This document shows positions 1-15,905 of a stretch of 64,000 bases of DNA, piece by piece. The notes beneath the pieces are model-generated. The model saw only the letters and a list, made by a program, of their open reading frames with translations. It did not search any database and had not been told where the DNA came from. The DNA comes from the human T2T-CHM13v2.0 reference genome, Homo sapiens. Position 1 is the stretch's first letter, and each line of letters starts with the position of its first letter. A program made the translations under genes and the position numbers. Where the stretch lies: assembly GCF_009914755.1 (NCBI RefSeq), contig NC_060947.1; one strand, 5' to 3'.

Positions 1-404
1 GATATGGTTGTTTTATAAAGTAATTTACTTTCCAGTAAATTCATACTTATAGGAAACATGCAATGGCAGTACAAAATACCTTTTATCCTTTCTCTCAGAT
101 TCCCCAGTGGTCACTCCAGTACCAGATTTGCAACTTCACACAAAATACTCTACTGTATTTTACTCAAAGCAGGGACACTCTCCCAGGTAACCACCACATA
201 ACCTCCAAATCAGGAAATCAATATGGTTTCTACCTGACAATCCAATCAGCTGACCCAGTTCACTTTACTGCCTGTGCTGACTGTGAGAAAAATGTCTCTT
301 TCCCTTTGGATCCAGTTTTCTTTTCCTGGAACTGTTCCTGTGACTATCTCTCAGTTTCACAACCTTGGCAGATTTAAATAATAGAGATGAATCCAAGCTG
401 CCTC

Positions 405-970
405 TGTCATAGTTTTGCCAATGCACCACAACATAGAAGTTTCTCTTTGCCTGAGGTAGTACCTGGAGTTCTTTGTCTCATGACCAAGAAAGTTAAGGAG
501 TGCAGACACAAAGGGTGAGGTTGGAGTGAAAGTTTAATAAGCCAAAGATGAAAGCTCTCCACTACGGAGAGGGGACCCAGAAGAGGGTTGCTGTTTTTAC
601 AGTTGAATGCAAAGGCTTTTATAAGAAACAGATGAGGTCTTGGTATCTCATTTGCATAAGGCATGAATTTCTGGTGGCGCCACCCCATCTTTCTAGTGCA
701 CATGCGGGCTCTTATCTTGAGTTACTACCTATTGCTTTGTTCCCCTTACTGTGCATGTGTCAGGGGACAGAATTTTCCATTGTGGGCATGTCTGGGCAAG
801 TCACCTGTGTAGCTTTTCTTATCTGTGTGGCTGTAGCCATGTCTTAGGCAAGTCCCCTTGTGCATGTTCCCTTATCTGTGCCTGCAGGCTGTTCTTTTGT
901 TTGAAAGGATTCATCTGAGCACCCACCCTAACTGCCTGCCTGACCGGGTTTTTTCCTTTCTCCTCTCTCA
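405..970 (-). mobile_element. Solo ERV1 LTR, MER4-group-like (subfamily not assigned)
   Basis: TG...CA termini (tgtcat at 405, ctctca ending 970). Near-identical 4-bp flanks cctc/cttc. Minus-strand ATTAAA around 533-538. Overall resemblance to MER4-group LTRs. Confidence 0.6.
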
Positions 971-1384
971 CTTCTGCCCCCTGTTTCCTCCTGAGCAGTT
1001 GCAAACACTGCACTCCTCAGTACAGCCCACCAGGAGGAACACAGAGCCACCCACCCACCACAGGTGATCTCAACTTGATAATGGCAAAATACACACATAA
1101 ATCTCATCCTGTCACTCTCCTGATTTAATGTTCCTAATGGGTTTCCACTGGCCTTAGAACAAGGTCCATATGGCTTTTCATGGTCTACTGGCCCATGAGT
1201 GCTCCTGCCTGCTCCCCTCTCCCATTCAGTCAGCCCCAATTACCTGCAGTCCAATTTGCTTTCAATTACAGGGACATAGCAGGCTTGTGGGTGTCTCAGG
1301 AATTTTATGCATGTTCTCTTAACCCATGCACCCAGCGCCCCCAACCTTATCAAATTTTCTAAGACTTTGTCCAGCTAATTCTGT

Positions 1385-1845
1385 TGTAGTATGACAAGCC
1401 ACAGACAAAACCCCTCAGACACCGACTTAAAGAAGGAAGTGGTTTATTTGGTCGGGAGCATTGGCAAGACTCTTGCCTCAAGAGCTGAGCTCCCCAAGTG
1501 AGCAATTCCTGTCCCTTTTAAGGGCTCACAACTCTAAGGGGGTGCACATGAGAGGGTCGTGATCAATTGAGCAAGCAGGGATAGGTGACTGGGGGCTGCA
1601 TGCACTGGTAATTAGATCAGAACAAAACAGGACAGGGATTTTCACAATGCTTTTCTATACAATGTCTGTAATCTATAGATAACATAACCAATTAGGTTAG
1701 GGGTCGATCTTTAACTACCAGGTCCAGGGTGTGGTGCCGGGCTGTCTGCTTGTGGATTTTATTTCTGCCTTTTAGTTTTTACTTCTTCTTTCTTTTGATA
1801 CAGAAATTGGGCATAAGACAATATGAGGGGTGGTCTCCTCCCTTA
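1385..1845 (-). mobile_element. 3' LTR (LTR2) of HERV-E
   Basis: Minus strand begins TAAGGGAGGAGACCACCCCTCATATTGTC (LTR2 start). Polypurine tract AAAGTGGGGGGGGAA lies immediately upstream (1846-1860). Confidence 0.9.
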
Positions 1846-1928
1846 TTCCCCCCCCACTTTGAGAATCTCACTCAACAGTGGGAGTTCTCACTTTTATTCT
1901 CCTTACCCATGTCTTCTTGCAAGACAGA

Positions 1929-3930
1929 TCAATAGTGATTCATATAGTACACTTGTGCTGAAGCATTTTGGTGAACTAAGGTAGCAATGAAGCTTTGTAT
2001 CATTTGAAGAAGTACAGGTAGCAAACAAGGGAGCAGTAAGCAGGTTCCTATTACTATTATAACTCTTATTATAAGAGGTTTAAATCCTTCTAGCGCTGGG
2101 AACCATTTTCCAAACATGGCTGCAGGATCAAATCCATGCCACACTTGCACGGGCACATGTGCCAGTTTTGTCATATCTCTAACTATGTCTTCCACTACTT
2201 GCCCTTGATCATCTATGTGTAGACAGCAATTAGTAAGGTTAAATTTCCCACACACCCCTCCTTCAGCTGCTAGCAAGTAGTCGAGAGCCAATCTATTTTG
2301 ATAGATAGCATTTCTCATCTGAGTTTCTTGCTGGGCCAGTATAGTCAAGGCTCTGCCTGTTTTATTAGTGATTATTTCTAAGACAGCTTGTAACCGTGTG
2401 ATTCAGTTGATCATGTAAATGGGGGTCCAGTATCCCCATGAGCTGTCTTGTGCCTAAGTAGCAGGCCCATAATATTGTATGATTCTCTCAGGGGGCCATT
2501 CATCATCTTTCCAATTTCTTATAGCTATGCTTCTCTTTTTGCAGGAAGCATACACAGGGAAGCCCAGGAGTTCACCTGTTTTTGTGGGCAGTGGGAAGAA
2601 AGATGGTCTAATAGTGCCAATAACACAACTACCTGCCCACTGGTCGGGTAATTTGGCGTAAGCTCTATGCTCCCATATCCAGTATAATCCAGTGGGGGCT
2701 GTCCACTCCCGGTGGGACTCCAGGTGAGTCCACCCATTTTGCAACTTTGGGAATTTACTAAATGGATTCCTTTCTGTGTGATTTGAACTGCACCAAGTGA
2801 CTGTTTTTGTGGTACCATTATACAGTTTCTGTCCTAGACAACTAAGTAGCCCTACGGGGTGAGTGAATTCTTTTCTTTCTCTAGCTATGCAATATTGTCC
2901 AATAATTGAGGCTTTTAGGACGCAGAAATTATCAGGGTGATTCTTTTCAGCCAGGAATTCATCAGGAACTCGTCTGTAGCTACTAATTCTCGGGCTTCTC
3001 ATGGCCATTGATCTCCCATTACAGTTCCTCCACATACATAACATGAAGTGACATTGAGAGACTGGGCTACATGCTCGGCTAATTGCAAAAACAAATTTCT
3101 TGTTTTTCCTGGAATTTCTGGTACTGGCACATTTAATTCATCATAGAAAGTTGGAAACACTGGCTCAGGAGAGCGTCTGTAAACTTCTCCTCGAACTAAG
3201 ATATTTACTCAAGGATCCAGTCTGGCCCCATCGATTTCTAAGGTCACACGCTCCCCTTTTTTCCAGTGAGGATCAAGGGGGTTGGTTATTACTAGCTCTA
3301 AGGGGTTACAATGTCCCTTAGTACAGGAAGGGCCATTTTTTCCTTTCTGAAGGTGGACTGGATCCTTTTCATTTTTTATCTAAGTGGCCCAAATGACACA
3401 AGACGAGCATCCACATTCATTTCTACACAGTCTTAATTCATGACAAATGTACTTATTTTCAGTAATATCACCTTTTTCCTAACTAAAAAAGCCGCATCCC
3501 CTTCCTAACTTATTGCTATTAATGACAGCACAGGCATCAAATTTCAAGATTATGTGTTTGGGCACCCCTTTTTCTTCTGTTCTGGCTAATACTTTACTAG
3601 TATCATTTATGAGTCCCCACCAGTCTTCAGTCCTTAATCTTATTTCAAAAACTGTCCACATGGGAAGCTCAGAGGGGTCATAACACACATCTGGTCAGTC
3701 GTTTTCTGGGCTACATACCTTGTACTGAGTGTCATTATATAAACATGTTCCTTTTAAAGTTCCTAGGCATTCATAGTAACTATAGAACAGAAAGATTGTT
3801 TTAACTTGCTGCCCTACCTCGGTAACCTCATGTATACACTGAGAGCAGTCTCCATGTGGAGAAAATCAGTGGAAATTTTTACTATACAAGTCCAAATTAT
3901 AAGGAAAATGAGTCCCATGATGATCTTCCT
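1929..3930 (-). pseudogene. HERV-E env, frameshifted (SU and TM fragments)
   Basis: ORFs 1929-2348, 2454-3044 and 3479-3688. They contain a KKR cleavage site, the immunosuppressive domain [20 protein letters not shown]6CC ([10 protein letters not shown]) and a hydrophobic TM anchor. The 5' boundary is approximate. Confidence 0.88.
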
Positions 3931-3953
3931 CATGCTTCAGCCACGTAGACCAG

Positions 3954-6900
3954 TCAGCTTCCGGGTGTGACTGGAACAGGGCTTGTTGTCCTCCTCAGAG
4001 TCACTTTGCAGGGTTTGTCTGGGCTCGGTTTTGCCTCCCAGGTTTCAGTGGCTGCAGGTTTCACACGGCTGTGGTGGATCCAGGCTGGGATTCCTTCTAC
4101 CTTTACAGCCATGGAGGTGGTCAGGAAGATGGTCTGAGGTCCTTTCCACCGTGGCCGCAAAGGGGCTACGTTCCAGTCCTTTATCCACACAAGACCACCT
4201 GGGGAGAAAGTATGAATTGGGGCGAATAAGCTGATGGGACACCTCTCATTTACCCAAGTTGAGATTGTTTGTGTAATTTTTCCTAAAGCCTGTAGCTGTC
4301 GCTGTAATTCAATTCCACCTAACTCTCAGGGAGTGCCTGGAAGCTCCCATAATATAGGAGGAGGCCTATGATACAGTATATCATAAGGGGAGTATCCTGT
4401 TTTCTTAGAAGGAGTGCATCTAATTTTAAACAATACCATAGGAAGGGCCTGTATGCACTTTAATCCTGTTTCCTGACATACTTTCCCTATTTTTGATAGT
4501 ATAATTCATTCGCTCCACCTTTCCGGAACTTTGAGGTCAGTAGGCGGCATGTAGCTTCCAAGTGATTCCTAATGCCTTTGCTGTCTTCTGTACCAAGTCA
4601 GCCACAAATGCTGGCCCATTATCTGAGCCGATTCATAAGGGCAGTCCAAACCTAGGAATAAGATCTCAGAGAAGCACACGGGTTACCTCGTAGGCCTTTT
4701 CAGTTCGTGTTGGATAAGCCTCCACCCACCCAGAGTAAGTACACACAAGAACCAGCAAATACTTGTTACCTCCACATTTTGGCATTTCTGTGAACTCCAC
4801 CTGAAGATCCTCAAAAGGAGCCACTCCATAAGCTTGTATGCCGGGCGGAACAGTGGGGCCTTGCCTATCAATGTGCTGTGGGCAAGTAACGCACCATTGT
4901 GCTACTGCTTTGGCAAGGGCTGGCAAGTGTGAGACGTAGAAGTACTGCCCTAACAATTTTTCAAGTGACTCTTGTGCTAGATGAGTGGTTTCATGCATGG
5001 CCAATACGATTGTGGCTCCCAGCAACTGAGGCACAGCTACCCTCCCATCTGGCAGTCTGATCCATCCTCCTTTTTTTTACTTGCCCCCTTTCTGAGTGGA
5101 AGAAGTCTTTCTTCCTTAGAATAGGTAGGTACCAGGTCAGGTGTTTGAGGGAGTAAGGGGGTTGCTACCGATGCCCAGTAAGGGGTAGATGCTGCTTTTC
5201 AAGCTTCTGAGTCAGCTCGAGAGTTTCCTAAGGCCACTGAGGTGGAAGCTCGCTGGTGTCCCCTGCAGTGCATGACTGCCACCTTCTGAGGTTTCCACAC
5301 TGCCTCTAATAATTGTAGAACTTCTTGTTGATATTTTATGTCCTTTCCCCTAGAGTTTAACAGGCCCTTTTACTTATATAATGCTCCATGCACTTGAAGG
5401 ATTAGAAAGGCATATCAAGAGTCAGTGTAGATGTTTACAGTCTTACCTTCACTGAGTTCTAGAGCCCGAGTTAAAGCAATGAGCTCAGCCTTCTGGGCTG
5501 AAGTGCCCTGTGGCAATGGTTTGGCTTCAATGACAGCATCCAAAGTTACCACCGCATATCCTGCACATCTTTCTCCATGTGGATTGATGAAGTTGCTCCC
5601 GTCCATGTATAACTCCCAGTCTGCTGATGCCCATGGCTGGTCCCGAAGGTCAGGTCTGCTAGGATAAACTGAGTCCAACACTTCTACACAGTTATGCTTG
5701 ACCGGGCTCTCTGATACTGGGAGCAGGGTGGCGGGATTTAGGGTGTTACGGACTTCAATGGTTATGCGGGGATTTTCACATAGCAAGCTTTGGTACTTGG
5801 TTAATCTAGCATTTGTTAGCCAATGATGTCCTTTGCTATTCATCAAAGTTACCACAGCATGGAGGGCCTTTATATTCAGGTTTTGCCCAAGGGTTAGTTT
5901 ATCTGCTTCTTGTGCTCACAGGGCTGTTGCTGCCAGGGCCCTTAGACATGGTGGCCAGACTTTGGAAACCTCATCTAGTTGTTTTGAGAGATAGGCCACT
6001 GGCCTTGGCTGGGGCCCCACAGTCTGGGTTAAAACTCCAACTGCCATTTTTTCTCTTTCTGACACATAGAGTGTAAAGGGCTTTGTCAAATCTGGTAGTC
6101 CTAGGACTGGGGCCGACATAAGTTTTTCCTTTAACTTACAAAAGGCTTGCTGTTGTAGAGGCCCCCATTCAAAAGGCTCCCGGTCGCCCCCATTTGTAAC
6201 CCTGTAGAAAGGTTTGGCTAGTACTGCAAAGTTTGGAATCCATAATCTGCAAAACCCCACAGCTCCTAGGAATTCCCTTACTTGCCTTCTGGTTTTAGGT
6301 TCCAGTAGGCTGCAGATGACCTGCTTTCTTTCTGACCCCAGGCTGCACTCCCCTTTCTGAACAGTAAATCCCAGGTAGCTTACCTGCTGTCTGCAGATCT
6401 GAGCTTTCTTCTTGGACACCTTATACCCACAGTCCTCCAGGTGCTGAAGCAGGGCATCCGTCCCTTTTGCACACCCAACTGCCATGGAGTGTCCCAGCAG
6501 AAGGTAGTCCACATACAGGAGCAAGACACAGCCTAGGTCTTTAGCAGGAAACTTTTGCAGGTCTTAAGCCAGGGCCTCCCCAAAGATAGTAGGGGAGATC
6601 TTGAACCCTTGGGGAAGCCAGGTCCAAGTGTACTGAGTAGTGACACCTGACTCCGGATCTTCCCACTGAAAGGCAAACAGCTTCTGGCTCTCAGGAGCTA
6701 TTTTGATGCTAAAGATGGCATCTTTTAAGTCCAGACAGGTAAACCAGCTGTCCTCAGCCGGCAGCAGCCCTAACAATGTGTAAGGGTTAGGAACTGTTGG
6801 GTGCAGAGTCACTGTAGCTTGGTTGACCAAGCGCAAGTCCTGTACGGATCGATAGTCCTTGGTCCCTTGGCTTAGGGACAGGGAGGAGGGGGTGTTCCAT

Positions 6901-7540
6901 GGAGACTGGCAAGGAACTATAATTCCAAACGCTTTCAAGCGCCTGAGATGAACCTGGATTCCTTTGAGAGCTTCTCTGGGAACTGGATACTGCTTTTGTC
7001 TAATTGGTTGGGCCCCAGGCTTAACTTCTATGTGTACAGGGGCTTGGTTGACCACCAGTCCCGGAGGATTATCCTCTGCCCATACTTGGGGCCATCGCTT
7101 AGCTAGAGCTGGTTTTATCTCTTGGCCTGGCTCAGTTAGAAAAAGTCTCCATTCTTCTTCCTGGGGGACCATAAGGGCCATGATAACTCCTGTTCCTGGT
7201 AACTTTAGCTGTAAAGAGCCCTGTTTTGTAAAGGAGATGTTGGCTGTCAGCTTGCTAAGCAAGCCTTTTCCCAGCAAGGGCACGGGACAGTCAGGCATGT
7301 AAAAGAACTGGTGAACTATCTCAGGTCCCCGCACCGAGCAGGTCTGTGGTAGACAGAAAGTGTGCTTAGTGGAAACTCCTGTTGCTCCGATTATATCAAT
7401 GATTTTCTTGGATAAGGGGGTGACTGGGGTGGTCACTACTGAATGTTCAGCACCAGTATCAACCAAAAATTTAATGTCCTTGCCCCCAGTTGTAATCCTG
7501 ACCATGGGCTCTTTGGGGGCGCTTGAGCCCGGTCCCCTTC
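3954..7540 (-). pseudogene. HERV-E pro-pol (protease, RT, RNase H, integrase), disrupted
   Basis: LVDTGA protease motif, LPQGF, a mutated YVDY RT motif, RNase H (YMDGS...SAQKAELIAL...NIYTDS), integrase H-H-C zinc-finger residues and the C-terminal WKGP...WIHHSRVK. The sequence is split across several frames. Confidence 0.92.
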
Positions 7541-9101
7541 CATCCAGTAGCCCTTCAGCCAGATTGAACAAAGCTCCCTCATCTTTATCTGAGGTCTTTT
7601 GTTGTGAATCACCTTGCTTTTCCTTCAGTTGGGAACAATTATCTTTCCAATGTCCTATTTCCTTACAATAGGCGCACTGGTTACGTTGCAAGAGTGTGCC
7701 ATTAGACTGGGTATTCTTCCTGGAACCCCCCTTTCCCTCTCCTTTCAGGGGAATTCCCCTAATGGCCGTGGCCAGTAAGTCGGCGTTTTGCCTGGCCTGG
7801 CGTTCGCCTTCCTTACAGCTTTCTCTGTGGCTTGTTGCATCTCTATTCACAAACACTTGATTGGTTATTTCCAGTAACTGTGAGGTATTCATATCCACAA
7901 ACCCAGCCTGTTTCTGCAATTTTCTCCTGATATCTTCTGTGCTTTGACTAAGGCCATGTTAATCATGCGCTGATTTTCAGGGTTATCTGGATCAAAACGA
8001 ATGTACATATGGTAAGCCTCACACAGTCTTTCATAGAATTGCACTGCACTTTCCTCTTTTCCTCGGTTGACCTTAGAGACCTTATTTACATTTGTAGCCT
8101 TTTGAGCCCCTTTCTTTAGACCTTCTATTAATGCCTCATGGTACCGTCTTAGCCTCTCCATGTCTGGTCCCTCATTCGGGTCCCATTAGGGGTCTGTTCC
8201 TGGCAGCTGAATTCTTATATATTCTTGGGGGTTTTGGTAATCGGCTGGGATGTGCTCCTCTAGCCACTTAGTTGCCGCCTGGAGTACCCTTCGCCTTTAA
8301 TCTGTATTAAAGAGGTACATGAGCAGCTGGTGGCAATCAGCCCAAGTAGGATTATGAGTCTGTATAATAGTTTGGAGCAAGTCAATTAAAGCTTGAGGCT
8401 TTTCGGTATAAGATGGAGTATTATTTTTCCAATTGAGGAGGTCAGCAGGGGTGAAAGGTTGATACACAAAGGCACGCCTTTCCACCATGTGTCCCTCCTC
8501 ATCTATCCCAGTATATCGCTGCTCTCTCAGGGGCATTTGGATTCCAGTCTTGGGCTGTAAGCGAGCTGCCATGGGAGGAGTTTCTCCCGCGGCTTCATTT
8601 CCTCTTTTGTCTACTCTGGGTGGTCTAGGGGTGTGGTTATCTGGTGGAGGTGTAGGTGCTGTGGGCTCAGGGGTGGGGAGCCCTTCCTCTCGATAAGGAG
8701 GGGGTACTGCTGGTACCAATTCCTGCCATGATTCTTCTAGTGTTGGGTCGGACAGGACTTCTGGTGCTGACTTCCCTCAGCAGGTGGAGCGTGAACCTTC
8801 CTTAACTAACTGCCCGTTTGCTACTAGTACTGCTGCTGCCTGTCCTCTTAACCACTGTCGGGGGTCCAAAACTAGCTGTAAGCAAGAATCTATATATGGG
8901 AACTTATCTGAGTGCCCTGACTTACAGGTTACCCTCTGCCATACCTTCAAGACAAGGGACCTGTCCAGGCTTCCTTCTGATGGCCAACCCACCTCTAAAT
9001 TTTCCTGGTGTCATGTTGACTCCATAGTCTCCTTTAAATCCCTTTTTGAAATTTTTCAACATAGTTCCTAGTGGGGTGGGCTTACTTTGTGCCTGATCCA
9101 T
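7541..9101 (-). pseudogene. HERV-E gag, disrupted
   Basis: Starts MDQAQSKPTPLGTMLKNFKKGF at 9101. Contains the PPPY late domain, CA motif (YQPFTPADLLNWKNNTPSYTEKP) and CCHC knuckle CAYCKEIGHWKDNC. Confidence 0.88.
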
Positions 9102-9628
9102 GTTTTCTCAAGACAAAACACCACGCTCACACTACACGCACACCACAAAACAAAGAACAGGTAAAAAGGGCACACACACACTTTTACAGTTTACACCAAA
9201 CCAGAATCAAAACCAAAATCAGAGTATCAAGAAATCCAAGCCAGGTCAAAACCAAAACCAAAGTATCAAGCAATCCAAGTCAAGTCAAAAACAAAAAAAC
9301 CAAAGTGCTGGCGGGGGCACGCTGTGGGTGATCAGGCCACATTTCCACTAAAATGGGGTAGGCAAGTTCCAAAGACTAGTGTTACCAAGTTTCAGATGTC
9401 TAGACTCCAAGTGCCAGTTCCTTCCCAGTGTTCAGCCACTGCATTGATCCTCCATGGGGGCCTGCCACATGCTGCTCTGGCGAGGCATTCCACCAGGGCA
9501 ATTGCCTACCCGGGAGCGCTCTCAGGATCTGTGTTGCTCAAGCTGGCTGGAGTCCCCGGCAGGGATGCTCCACAGGGCAGGCCTAAGCCACCTAAGGGGC
9601 TGCCTTGACCATCCATTAATCACCTCAC

Positions 9629-9646
9629 TTCCCAGTCAGGGAACCA
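9629..9646 (-). promoter_or_regulatory. Primer binding site, tRNA-Glu
   Basis: Plus strand TTCCCAGTCAGGGAACCA matches the 3' end of tRNA-Glu (TTCCCGGTCAGGGAACCA) with 1 mismatch, 5 nt from the LTR end. Confidence 0.9.
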
Positions 9647-9651
9647 AGAAA

Positions 9652-9883
9652 TGTAGCAGGACAAGCCGCAGACAAAACCCCTCAGACATCGAGTTAAAGA
9701 AGGAAACAGTTTATTCGGCCAGGAGCATCAGCAAGACTTCTGTCTCAAGAGCCGAGCTCCCCAAGTGAGCAATTCCTGTCCCTTTTAAGGGCTCACAACT
9801 CTAACGGGGTACATGTGAGAGGGTCATGATCAATTGAGCAAGCAGGGAGTACGTGACTGGGGGCTGCATGCACCAGTAATTAG
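9652..9883 (-). mobile_element. 5' LTR (LTR2) of HERV-E, outer (U3) half missing
   Basis: Aligns to 1385-1615 at roughly 89% identity by eye. Homology stops abruptly after GTAATTAG at 9883. Confidence 0.88.
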
Positions 9884-10039
9884 CAGTTGCAAGGGATTTC
9901 AGGCTTAAACACTTATGTTTATGTAATCAAAAGGTACAGTTAACTGACAAAAGTGCTAGTGTATATCTTGACAACCTACAGAAATATTTGCAAATATATT
10001 TCTCTATACAATGGACAATTAGTAAAGTAAGCTTAGATA

Positions 10040-12660
<2,621 letters not shown>

Positions 12661-12689
12661 TATCATATGTTTGAGTCAGTACTCGATTG

Positions 12690-13450
12690 GGGTTAGAAAA
12701 AGGTATGGCTTGGTGTACTATTTAGGGTATTAGTGGTTAGCAGTTAGAGGGTTAGAGGTTATACCAAAAAAAAAAAAAAAACCCAGAATTTTTGAAGGAT
12801 TATGGGCTAAGGTTAAGTGTAGGATAGACGTTGGGGATTAGGGTTAAGGAGTTAGAATGTCAGAGCAAAGATTAGGCTTAGGGTGAGGGTTAGAATTAGA
12901 GATTATGGTTAGGGTTAGGGTTAGGGTTAAAGTTAGGGGTCAGGGTTGTGAAAGGAAAATATCTTGGGCCCCAAAATTACTAAGCTAAGGGATAAGTCAA
13001 GCTCGGAACTGCTCAGGACAAACCTGCCTCCCATTCTTTTCAAAGTCATCCCTCTGCTAACTGAGGTAGATGAATATTCTGATTGTCTCCTTTGGAAAGG
13101 CTTATCAGAAACTCAACAGAATGCAACCATTTTTCTCTCACCTACCTGTGACCTAGAAGCCCCTCCCTGCTTCAAGTTGTCCCTGCCTTTCCAGACGGAA
13201 CCACTGTACTTCCTACATATATTGAATGATGTCTCTTGTCTCCCTAAAATGTATAAAACCAAGCTGTGCCCTGACCACCTTCAGCACATGTCATCAGGAC
13301 TTTCTGAGGCTGTGTCAGGGGCCTGCATCCTCTACCTTGGCAAAATAAAATTTCTAAATTAACTGAGACCTGTCTCAGATTTTCTGGGTTTACAGGGTTT
13401 AGGGTTGGGATTTGGTTAGGTATTAGAGTTAGGGTTAGGGTTAGGGTTAT
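12690..13450 (+). repeat. Degenerate interstitial telomeric repeat (TTAGGG-like), split by MER4A
   Basis: ggttagggttagggttagggtt at 12907-12928 and 13428-13449, with degenerate ttaggg/ttagag units back to about 12690. Confidence 0.85.
12947..13394 (+). mobile_element. MER4A-type solo LTR
   Basis: Runs TGTGAAAGGAAAATATCTTGGGCCCCAAAATT...GGGTTTACA, contains AATAAA, and has a 4-bp target-site duplication GGGT (12943-12946 / 13395-13398). Confidence 0.85.
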
Positions 13451-15402
13451 AAGAACCCCTAAGGGCTTCATATAAAGGTTTTACAATTAATCTGAAAGAA
13501 AGAATCCATATTCTGCAAAACTTGGCCCTACCCAAAAAGGACTCAAGCTGTTATTTATTTACTGGAGTTGTCATGTGTAAAATAAGATCTTTACAAGTGC
13601 TAGAGAGGCTCTCTGTACCAGGGGTTAAAATACCCCCAAATTGAACCCTTTATGTGCATATTTGTTCCTTAGAAGGAGATACTTCATATCCACAATCAGC
13701 AATTTTATTCAGTACTCGTACTGTATTTTGCTCTAAAACAGCCTTGTTAGGACTACAGATTAGCAGGTCACCCACATACTGGAGTAGATTGCTATCTGGG
13801 AGAAGCTGCAGGGTGGACAGGTCTTTAGCTAAGTCCTGTCCAAAACAGTGGAGGCTATCTCTGAATTCCTAGGACAGAATAGTGCAAGTTAACTATTAAG
13901 TTATTTGAGTATCTAGGTCTTGCTATTCAAAAGCAAACAAAAATTGGCTATCTTGTGTACGGAATGCAGAAAAAGGCATCCTTAAGATCAAGTACAGTAA
14001 ACCAAGCTGCAGTGGAGGAAATTTGTCCAAAAGAGACTAAGGGTTTGTGACAATAGGATGAATAGGAATAACAGCTTCATTAATAATTCTAAGGTCCTGT
14101 ACTAGCTGGTAGGAGCCATCTGGTTTTTTTGCAGCAAAAATGGGAGTGCTGCAATGCAAGTTGCAAGGGCACAATAATCCATGGGTTAAACATTTTGTTA
14201 TTAGGGGCTTTAACACTTTTTGGGCTTCTGGTTTCAAGGGGTATTGGCGGTTCTTGGGAACTTACTGGGATTTTTAAGCTGAATGATGATGGGAGCAGCT
14301 GATATTGAATGGCCAGAAATAGAAGTATTCCAGACCTCAAACGGCACTTGTTTTAGAATGTGAGGTTCTATAGACTGTAGCAGCTCTTTTAGTGAAGTGT
14401 GAGTTCATACAGTTAGAAAGTGGGGCCTTAGCTATAAATTGTCTTGTAATTTTGTGAGTAAGTCATGACCTAATAATGGAACAGGAGAGCTTGGCATGAC
14501 TAAAAAGGAGTGGCTAAAGACATAACCTTCCCTTTTACAAGAGACTGGTGGTGTGAAACAGCCTCGTTGGGGTTTTCCATCAATACCTGATATAGTTTAG
14601 TCTCTGTGTCCCCACCCAAATCTCATGTCCAATTGTAATCCCCACATGTCAGGGGAGGGACCTAGTGAGGTGATTGGATCATGGGGGTGGATTTCCCCCA
14701 TGTTTTTCTCATGATAATAAGTTCTCATGAGATCTGATGGCTTAAAAGTGTGGCACTTCCCTGTTCACTCTGTCTCTCTCCTGCCACCATGTAAGATGCC
14801 TTCTGCCATAATTGTAAGTTTCCTGAGATTTCCCCAGCCATGCACAACTGTGAGCCAATTAAGCCTCTTTTCTTTATAAATTACCCAGCCTCAGGTAGTT
14901 CCTTATAGCAGCATGAAAATGAACTAATACAGAAATTTGGTACCAGGAAAGTGGGGCACTGCTATAAAGATACCAGAAAATGTGGAAGTGACTTTGGGAC
15001 TGGGTAACAGGCAGAGGTTGGAACAGTTTAGAGGGCTGAGAAGAGTACAGTAAGATGTGGGAATGTTTGGAACTTTAGAGACTTGTTGAATGGTTTTGAC
15101 CAAAATGCTGATAGTGATATGGACAGTGAAGTTCAGGCTGACGTGGTCTCAGATGGAGATGACAAACTTATTGAGAACTGGAGCAAAGGTCATTCTTGCT
15201 ATGCTTTAGCAAGAAGACTGGCAGCATTATGCCCCTGCTCTAAGGGATCCATGGAGCTTTCAACTTGAGAGACATGATTTAGGGTATCTGGTGGAAGAAA
15301 TTTCTAAGCAGCAAAGCATTCAAGATGTTGCCTGGCTGCTACCAATGGCATACAGTCATATGCATTCACAAAGAGATGGTCTGAAATGGGAACTTATGTT
15401 TA

Positions 15403-15905
<503 letters not shown>

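Larger units (their letters stand above)
1385..9883 (-). mobile_element. HERV-E (LTR2) endogenous retrovirus, gag-pro-pol-env, defective
   Basis: Two homologous LTRs (1385-1845 and 9652-9883), PBS complementary to tRNA-Glu, polypurine tract, and retroviral ORF fragments in gag-pro-pol-env order on the minus strand. Confidence 0.92.

Noticed and set aside
1-400. 104-aa ORF at the window start
   Set aside because: No recognisable homology; the sequence looks like a decayed ancient repeat.
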